This document shows positions 9,205-15,300 of a stretch of DNA of 32,000 nucleotides, one piece after another. The notes below the pieces were generated by a model, which searched no databases, was not told where the DNA came from, and saw nothing but the letters and a program-made list of their open reading frames with translations. The stretch spans positions 2,190,001 through 2,222,000 of the forward strand of contig CP178758.1 in NCBI GenBank assembly GCA_047651235.1, given 5' to 3'. Each line of letters begins with the position of its first letter. Position 1 is the first letter of the stretch. This DNA comes from Candidatus Electrothrix yaqonensis. Lineage in GTDB: Bacteria; Desulfobacterota; Desulfobulbia; Desulfobulbales; Desulfobulbaceae. A program made the position numbers and the translations under genes.

Positions 9205-9456
9205 ATGGAAAAGATTATCCCGGAAGGCACTAACAAAAAATACAGTGTGCGAGAGTTGCTCGCTGGTGTGCATTTCGATGATCCGAGCGAGGGCGAACGG
9301 ATGCTTGCTCTGGCTGAGGGAGAACGAAAGGACGGAGCAATGAACCAGACCGGCTCGGCCCTGAACACCATCTTTAAACTGGAGCCTTCATTCCTTGGTG
9401 TGGGAATCAACCTGAACGCAGTGTTCGACGCTATACTGAAATGGCAGAGAAAGTAG
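9205..9456 (+). CDS. Hypothetical small protein
   Basis: 83 aa. SD AGGAGGG lies immediately upstream of the ATG. The C-terminus is an amphipathic segment, 'LNTIFKLEPSFLGVGINLNAVFDAILKW'. No family recognised. Confidence 0.45.
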   Translation: MEKIIPEGTNKKYSVRELLAGVHFDDPSEGERMLALAEGERKDGAMNQTGSALNTIFKLEPSFLGVGINLNAVFDAILKWQRK

Positions 9457-9623
9457 CCATGAACAGGTCTGATTCCTGAATATCAAAGCTGCTTCAGTCT
9501 TCCCCTACTGACGGAGAAATAATCATGTCCTCTACATTCCCGTATCCCGCTGAAGAAAAAGGTTATCTCACCGCTCACATCCACCTGCTGCAGAGCATGG
9601 TCACTAGGCCGAGGTAGATGACT

Positions 9624-12600
9624 TCAGAACAGGCTCAACTGCTTCCCGACATTCTTTTTCCTCCGCTTCTTCTTTACCTCCACCGGATTATGCAGTAACT
9701 CCGGCGGTACTTCAGCTAGAAAACGGGACGGGATACGCTGCTCAACCCCGGCAAATCCCCGCCGCTCTTTGGCTCCGGTGAGATACAGCACTTCGGCAGC
9801 GCGGGTCATGCCGACAAAAAAGAGCCGCCGTTCTTCGGCAAGATGCTCTTGCTCCGCCTCCGGGGCAAGTTCGCTACGCGGGGTCAGCGGCAGCAGGCCC
9901 TCTTCACAGCCCACCATAAACACAGCCCGGAACTCCAACCCCTTGGCCGCATGGAGGGTGGCCAGCAGCACGGCCTCGGCCCGGTCATCGTAGATAACGC
10001 TGTCCTGGTGTCTGCGCAGGTGCTCGGCAAAGGCAGGCAGGGAGGCGGCTGAGGCGGCCATCTGCCGGAAGCGGAGCAGCTCAGGATCTTCCCGGTCAAA
10101 GCCGTACTGTTCGATGAGAAAGTCAACAGCCCTGATGACGGATTCCTGTCCGGCCAGCCGGGATGCAAGATTGTTCAATTCGCTGACGCGCTTCTGCAGC
10201 GTTTCCGGCAAAGCAGCTTCAGCAAGGGCCGTCAGCGGCCGCCTGCTTTTCTCCTCACTCAGCACCTGTTCAGCAGCGGCCAGAGCGTTGGCACCGATCC
10301 CCTTTTCCTGGCCGAGCAGGAAAAGCAGTTCCGCTGGATCAATCCGGTCGGCAGCCAGCAGAAGATGGTAATAGAGGTGCTTGACCTCGCCGCGCAGATA
10401 AAAGGGCTGCACATCAACCACTTGACAGGGGATGGTCCGGTCGGTCAGGGCCCGTGTGATGGTTTCAGCCTGACGGGAGGTGCGGTAAAGCACTGCAATC
10501 TCGGACAGAGCCAAGCTGCCCTCCCCTGCTCCGCTGAGCCAGTCGATCTCCCGGTGCGAAGTGCCACCGATGAGCTGCTGAATCTGCCCGGCAATGAAAC
10601 TCGCCTCCGCCTTGGCTGTGGGGGAGAGATGCCGATAAATGACACCGGGGCTGTCCGAAGCCGCCTGCGCGCGGCGTTCTTCCCCTGCCTCATGCCCAGT
10701 ATCATGATTGGCCGCAATGACCTCCCTCGCGGCCTTGAGGATATCGGCCCCGCTGCGGTAATTGGTCGCCAAGTGATGGAACTCCGGTTCCTGTTCCGTA
10801 ACAAAACGGTGGAACCAAGCCGGGTTGGAACCCCGGAATCCGTAGATCGCCTGATCCGGGTCACCAATAGCAAAGACGGTGCCGGTCTTAGCAAGCAGGC
10901 GGACCAGCTCGTACTGCGCAGCATTGAGATCCTGAAATTCATCCACCAGCAAATGCGCTGCCGCTGTCCGGATTTCTTCGGCAAAACCCTTGTCCTTCTG
11001 CATCAGAGCAGTGCAGGCCGGGACGATCTCATCCAGTTCCATCAGATGCTGCTCCCGGAGATACTGAAAATAAGGCCGCAGGGCTTCCGGACAGGCAGAC
11101 AGATCGGGCAATACAGCTTGCCCGGAGAGAAACAGCCCAGTCTCCCGCTGTAGCTGTTTCCGCTCCCGCTCGGCAAGCTGCAGGTACTGTTTCCGGAATA
11201 TCCAAGTCCGCATTTCCGGTCCGGCCAGCTGGAGGTCCGGATTTTGGCGGCGCAGCCAGTGCAGACAAAAGCCGTGGAAGGTATCCACCCGAACGATCTG
11301 TTTCGCATCATCATCCTGCACAGCGGCCAGCCGTTGCCGGATTTCCTCAGCCGCCTTATTGGTAAAGGTGATCACCGTAATCGGCCCCTGCTTCTGCGCC
11401 AGCAGGCGGAGAACCCGCTGCACCAGAGTATGGGTCTTGCCTGTACCCGGCCCGGCTTGGACAATAATTCGGGCAGCGTTGCTGTCCACGGCCGCCTGCT
11501 GTTCCGGGTTGAGTTCTTTTTTCTCCTCCAGTCGGCCGATCTTCTTTTTCCTGCTGATCACCGTCTGTTTCCTTTTTTTCTGCCGGGGCTTGGCCGGGGT
11601 TATCCCGAAAAGATTGAGCTGCCCGGCGAGCTGCTCCCGTTCATCCTCCGCAAAGACCTGAATCACCCCGAACTGGCCGTCAAAGCCAGGCCTGCGGATG
11701 ACCTTGTTCTCCCGCACCCGCTCAATGGCTTTGGCCAGCAGAGGCGAGACAGGAGCAATTTCCGCAATGGGCGTGTCCAGCAGGATATTGAATTCCGAAC
11801 CGAAGGTATTGATCAAATTGCCGTAGACCGTGTTCACCTTCTTGGTCGCCGAGCCGCAGTTAAACAGCTCGCCCAGCAGTTCCGGCAGGGGAATCAGGCT
11901 GTGCATAGCCGGAGCGCCTTCCGACCAGACAGCAGCTTCCCGATCAGCCAGCTCCATGACCCGGTAGAGCACCCCGATGGTCAGTGGTCTGCCGCATTCC
12001 GGGCAGATGCCGTTGGCCTCCACGGTTTGGGCCGGTTCAAAACAGACCCCGCATTTGCGGTGGCCGTCGCAATGGTACTTGCCCTCTTCCGGGTAAAATT
12101 CAATCGTGGCCTGAAAACGCTGCTGACCATCTGCATCCTGCGGATGACGCAGGGCCTCCTGCAGGACGAAAAAATCCAAATCGGTGTTGAAGATATTGCA
12201 GTTCCGGCCCAGCTTGGCCGGAGAATGACAGTCGGAGTTGGAGATCAGGGAAAAACGGTCCAGAGCAGAAATGTGGCGGTTCATCTCAGGGTCGGAAGAC
12301 AGACCGGTTTCCAGAGCAAAGATCTCGCTGCTCAGCCCGTCAAAGCACTCCTCAATGCTGTCAAATCCAGACTTGGAGCCGAATAGGGAAAACCAGGGCG
12401 TCCAGATATGGGCCGGGACCAAAAATCCTTGGGGCGCGTGTTCCAGCAGAATTTCCAGCAGGATTTTGGAGTCCAGTCCAAGAATGGGCCGTCCGTCCGA
12501 CTCCAAGTTGCCGATCCCGGCCAAGGCGGTGTTAATCCGGCGCACAGCATCAAAATCAGGGGCATAAAGAATATTATGTACCTTGCGCACCTTGCCGCCC

Positions 12601-12911
12601 CTTTTGTAAATGGAGCTGATCTCTGAGCTGAGGAGAAACCGGATCTTTGAGCAGTCCGGCTGCACGCCCGGCGGCAGGATCGGAACCAGTTCATCCAGGG
12701 AAGGCGCTTCCTTGAGGCGGAATAACCCCGGCTCTGCCGGTTCCAGTTTTTCCGTCAGATGGGCAAACCAACCCGGATGGGTGAAATCGCCGGTGGCGAC
12801 AAGGTCAATGCCCTTAATGGCTGCCCAGGCTGCCAGTCCGTCCAGGTTGCTGGCCTTGCTGGTGGCGCGGGAGTAATGGGAGTGAATGTGGAGGTCGGCG
12901 ATATAGGGCAT
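9624..12911 (-). CDS. Fusion protein: EndoQ-like PHP-domain/Zn-ribbon endonuclease (aa 1-~420) plus UvrD/PcrA-type SF1 helicase (aa ~467-1095)
   Basis: 1095 aa.
N-terminal nuclease part: 'DLHIHSHYSRATS', 'PAHIWTPWFS', 'LETGLSSD', 'NSDCHSP', and a Zn ribbon 'CDGHRKCGVC...CPECG'.
Linker: basic, 'KPRQKKRKQTVISRKKKIGRLEEKKE'.
Helicase motifs: 'LNPEQQAAV', 'AGPGTGKTHT' (I), 'TFTNKAAEE' (Ia), 'LLVDEFQDLN' (II), 'GDPDQAIYGFRGS' (III), 'LATNYRS' (IV), 'TLHAAKGLEF' (V), 'RRLFFVGMTRA' (VI). Confidence 0.9.
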   Translation of the reverse strand: MPYIADLHIHSHYSRATSKASNLDGLAAWAAIKGIDLVATGDFTHPGWFAHLTEKLEPAEPGLFRLKEAPSLDELVPILPPGVQPDCSKIRFLLSSEISSIYKRGGKVRKVHNILYAPDFDAVRRINTALAGIGNLESDGRPILGLDSKILLEILLEHAPQGFLVPAHIWTPWFSLFGSKSGFDSIEECFDGLSSEIFALETGLSSDPEMNRHISALDRFSLISNSDCHSPAKLGRNCNIFNTDLDFFVLQEALRHPQDADGQQRFQATIEFYPEEGKYHCDGHRKCGVCFEPAQTVEANGICPECGRPLTIGVLYRVMELADREAAVWSEGAPAMHSLIPLPELLGELFNCGSATKKVNTVYGNLINTFGSEFNILLDTPIAEIAPVSPLLAKAIERVRENKVIRRPGFDGQFGVIQVFAEDEREQLAGQLNLFGITPAKPRQKKRKQTVISRKKKIGRLEEKKELNPEQQAAVDSNAARIIVQAGPGTGKTHTLVQRVLRLLAQKQGPITVITFTNKAAEEIRQRLAAVQDDDAKQIVRVDTFHGFCLHWLRRQNPDLQLAGPEMRTWIFRKQYLQLAERERKQLQRETGLFLSGQAVLPDLSACPEALRPYFQYLREQHLMELDEIVPACTALMQKDKGFAEEIRTAAAHLLVDEFQDLNAAQYELVRLLAKTGTVFAIGDPDQAIYGFRGSNPAWFHRFVTEQEPEFHHLATNYRSGADILKAAREVIAANHDTGHEAGEERRAQAASDSPGVIYRHLSPTAKAEASFIAGQIQQLIGGTSHREIDWLSGAGEGSLALSEIAVLYRTSRQAETITRALTDRTIPCQVVDVQPFYLRGEVKHLYYHLLLAADRIDPAELLFLLGQEKGIGANALAAAEQVLSEEKSRRPLTALAEAALPETLQKRVSELNNLASRLAGQESVIRAVDFLIEQYGFDREDPELLRFRQMAASAASLPAFAEHLRRHQDSVIYDDRAEAVLLATLHAAKGLEFRAVFMVGCEEGLLPLTPRSELAPEAEQEHLAEERRLFFVGMTRAAEVLYLTGAKERRGFAGVEQRIPSRFLAEVPPELLHNPVEVKKKRRKKNVGKQLSLF

Positions 12912-12967
12912 GGGCTATGCTGCTGGCTGTGGTTGGTCGGCCTGGTGCAGGGTGATTGCGAGGGCGC

Positions 12968-12996
12968 AGCTTAAAGGCATGTGCAGGGGATGTCAA
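12968..12996 (-). promoter_or_regulatory. Sigma70-like promoter for the EndoQ-UvrD gene
   Basis: Minus strand reads TTGACA (12996-12991), a 17-nt spacer, then TAAGCT (12973-12968). This is ~55 nt upstream of the ATG at 12911. Confidence 0.45.
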
Positions 12997-13056
12997 GGGA
13001 AAGGGGAGGAAGGATAGCTCATTTATATGCAGGACATGGGGCGCATACACGGTACA

Positions 13057-13455
13057 TTACAGCCAATTTTCGACCCGCAACCCGGCAACTCGCTCAAACT
13101 CCCTCAGATTATTCGTGACAACAATTAAGCCCTCGCTCCGGGCATGTCCGGAGATATGCAAATCATTCACCCCGATCGGTGTCCCGCGCCGTTCCAGGTC
13201 GGTGCGAATATCACCGTAATGTTCAGCTGCTTTTCTGCCGTACTCCAGGATTTCCAGCCGTGAAGCAAAATCCTCCACCTGACGCAGGTTATGTTCCGGC
13301 TTGGCAGATTTTTCCACCCCGTGCATCAACTCGGCAAAAGTGATTGAGCTGATGCACATCTGACCGGCATGGCGATTAAACGTGTCCAGCACTTCCAATG
13401 GACGCCGTTTGATCACATAAATAGCAATGTTGGTATCCAGCATGTATTTCAGCAT
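13057..13455 (-). CDS. vapC: VapC PIN-domain toxin (tRNA(fMet)-cleaving VapC/MvpT type)
   Basis: 132 aa. 'MLKYMLDTNIAIYVIKRRP...MCISSITFAELMHGVEKS...HARSEGLIVVTNNLREFERVAGLRVENW' is collinear with enteric VapC/MvpT as I recall it. The start overlaps the vapB stop (ATGA). Confidence 0.95.
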   Translation of the reverse strand: MLKYMLDTNIAIYVIKRRPLEVLDTFNRHAGQMCISSITFAELMHGVEKSAKPEHNLRQVEDFASRLEILEYGRKAAEHYGDIRTDLERRGTPIGVNDLHISGHARSEGLIVVTNNLREFERVAGLRVENWL

Positions 13456-13688
13456 CAGAACGCTTCCCGTTCCTGCTGTTCCTGGGAAGCGCGTTCTGTC
13501 ATGAAATCATCCGTCACTTGTTCCTCGGACTTGAAAAAACTGTCCCAAGCCTCCCCCACCGGAGAAAGTACGCGATCTTTCCCCACAATACGCACGATAA
13601 CCTTTTTCACAGAGTTCGGAAAACGGGTTTCCAAGGGCAGCCTGACCGCCTGCGTTCGATTATTAATAAAAACTGATCCGATACGCAT
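13455..13688 (-). CDS. vapB: VapB antitoxin (AbrB/SpoVT-type)
   Basis: 77 aa, from the internal ATG at 13688 (the ORF-track ORF extends to 13808). SD GGAGG lies 7 nt upstream. 'MRIGSVFINNRTQAVRLPLETRFPNSVKKVIVRIVGKDRVLSPVGEAWDSFF' matches the VapB/MvpA pattern. Confidence 0.9.
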   Translation of the reverse strand: MRIGSVFINNRTQAVRLPLETRFPNSVKKVIVRIVGKDRVLSPVGEAWDSFFKSEEQVTDDFMTERASQEQQEREAF

Positions 13689-13712
13689 GAAGCACCTCCT
13701 TTCAGATGAAAG

Positions 13713-13752
13713 TATATACCGGAAGTATATAGCGTGCCGCCGCAAGCGACAA
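13713..13752 (-). promoter_or_regulatory. vapBC promoter with overlapping palindromic operator
   Basis: Minus strand reads TTGTCG (13752-13747), 17 nt, then TATACT (13729-13724). The palindrome TATATAC-cggaa-GTATATA (13713-13731) overlaps the -10 element and the expected transcription start. Confidence 0.5.
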
Positions 13753-13974
13753 GTGCAAATCACCGGTGTGTGCAAATTATCGGCCCTGTTAAGAGGATGT
13801 GCAAACAATATCGGCAGCCAGTACTGCCTCTACTGAGGCACCTTCTGTATAAGAAGCTGTTTTGAAAACCGCTGGCCAGAAAAGGGCGTATTGAAAATCT
13901 CTTCGGATACAGTCGGTTAAGATTTCCTTCTCTCCAATATAGCTGAAGCAGAATAAAAAGAGTATAATATCGAC

Positions 13975-14067
13975 ATGACATATTCAATAGATTTTCGCCG
14001 TAAGGTATTGGAGGTCAAAAAGCAGGACGGCCTGAGTTCCGAAAAACCCGCAGCCTTAACTGGTTAG
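13975..14067 (+). pseudogene. N-terminal stub of an IS630-family transposase (only ~21 aa of homology)
   Basis: 'MTYSIDFRRKVLEVKKQDGLS' resembles the conserved N-terminus 'M.YS.DFR.KVL' of IS630-family transposases. The reading frame then runs into a terminator hairpin and stops after 30 codons. Confidence 0.45.
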
Positions 14068-14090
14068 CGGGTTTTCTTTTGCTTTTTTTC
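14043..14090 (+). terminator. Intrinsic terminator
   Basis: Stem AAAACCCGC (14043-14051), a 15-nt loop, then GCGGGTTTT (14067-14075). This is followed by CTTTTGCTTTTTTT. Confidence 0.65.
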
Positions 14091-14134
14091 ACCCGCTTTT
14101 TCCGGAGGCTGCTTTCATATGGAACTCCTGAGTT

Positions 14135-15012
14135 ATGCCCCTGTCATGGAATGAAATACGCAACCGGGCCTTTGCCTTTGCTGCGGAATGGAAGGACGAA
14201 AGCAGCGAACATGCTGAAGCCAAATCGTTCTGGGATGATTTTTTCAATGTGTTCGGCATTTCCCGGAGGCGGGTCGCCAGCTTTGAGCAACATATAAAAA
14301 AAGGCGACGGCAAAGCCGGGTTTATTGATCTGCTCTGGAAAGGCACCCTGTTGATTGAACATAAATCCAAGGGCCGTGACTTGGACCGCGCCCATGAGCA
14401 GGCCACAGATTATTTTTCCGGTCTGACCGAAAAAGAGCTGCCCAAGTTCATTCTGGTTTCCGATTTTGAACAATTCCGGCTCTATGACTATGATCAGGGC
14501 GGGAAAATCGTTGCCGAGTTTCGGCTTGCGGACCTGCCCGCCCATATCAAGCATTTCGCCTTTATGGCGGGCTATACAGCAACGGAAGTTCGCCCGGAAG
14601 ATCCGGTCAACATCAAGGCGGCGGAAAAAATGGGCCGCCTGCATGATGAGCTCAAGGCTATCGGCTATACGGGCCATGATCTGGAGCGGTATCTTGTCCG
14701 CCTGCTCTTCTGTCTCTTTGCCGAAGATACAGGGATTTTCGAGAGAAATTTGCTCCGCGACCTGATTCGGCTGCATACCGCTGAAGACGGTTCCGACCTT
14801 GCCGACCGCCTGAACCATCTTTTTCAGGTGCTCAACACGCCTCATGAAAAACGGCTGCAAACCCTGCCGGAACATTTAGCGGCCTTTGAATATATCAACG
14901 GCGACCTGTTCGCTGAATCCCTGCCCGTGGCCGGTTTCAATGCTGACATGCGCAACATGCCTGCGAGCTGAATTGGGCCGGAATCTCTCCGGCTATTTTC
15001 GGCAGCCTGTTC
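14135..15012 (+). pseudogene. Frameshifted, 3'-truncated MmeI-family type IIG (IIL) restriction-modification enzyme; only the nuclease and helical-spacer region remains
   Basis: 'MPLSWNEIRNRAFAFAAEWKDESSEHAEAKSFWDDFFNVFGISRRRVASFE...GFIDLLWKGTLLIEHKSKGRDLDRAHEQATDYF...LVSDFEQFRLYD' is collinear with the MmeI N-terminus as I recall it. The D-x9-E-x-K nuclease motif is intact. The frame breaks near 14958. 'ACELNWAGISPAIFGSLF' continues in another frame to 15012. After that no methyltransferase or target-recognition sequence follows. Intact enzymes are ~900+ aa. Confidence 0.8.
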
Positions 15013-15248
15013 CTGCCGATGCGCTTGATGTTCTTAGCGGCACTACCGGTATCGATGCTGTCCTTCGCCGCATCTCCCTTGTGCCGGTATATTACCTACT
15101 GTTAATCAAGAAGGATGCCCCAGCTCCCTGACTAATTTTCGAGGTATCGGTTCTCTGTGCGTGAGTCAGGGCCGAATCCCGGAGCTGCTCCGATATTTTG
15201 TCTGTATGATGCAGCAGGCGGAATCGAAAAAATGCACTTGGTTGTCAG

Positions 15249-15267
15249 GCCCCGCATGATGCGGGGC
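15249..15267. terminator. GC-rich hairpin downstream of the M64-like gene (possible terminator)
   Basis: GCCCCGC-ATGAT-GCGGGGC, 34 nt past the stop at 15301. There is no immediate T-run on either strand. T6 lies 14 nt further on the minus strand. Confidence 0.35.
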
Positions 15268-15300
15268 TGTTCGGGATTTCTTCTGAGCGTTCAGGGACGA

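Noticed and set aside
9035-9343. 102-aa ORF between the two small genes.
   Set aside because: Its GTG start lies inside the hairpin CCGGTGA-N14-TCACCGG that directly follows the 8534..9031 stop. Its 3' half overlaps the better-supported (strong SD) 9205..9456 ORF in another frame. The translation there looks non-protein-like.
9525-9617. 30-codon ORF 'MSSTFPYPAEEKGYLTAHIHLLQSMVTRPR' with a GGAG upstream, just beyond the helicase stop.
   Set aside because: It is too short, with no recognisable family. It may be the N-terminal stub of a deleted gene, but that cannot be supported from sequence alone.
13689-13808. 5' extensions of several track ORFs: vapB to 13808, AKR to 23956, tmk to 27996, 29170-gene to 30039, 30006-gene to 30371, LysR to 30574.
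   Set aside because: Internal ATGs with good SD sequences coincide with the conserved family N-termini or signal peptides. Using them also removes overlaps with neighbouring genes.
15013-15135. Minus-strand coding-like stretch '...RHKGDAAKDSIDTGSAAKNIKRIG...' just after the MmeI-like breakpoint.
   Set aside because: It has no start codon and no recognisable family, and it runs antisense into the MmeI remnant. It is treated as part of the deletion scar.
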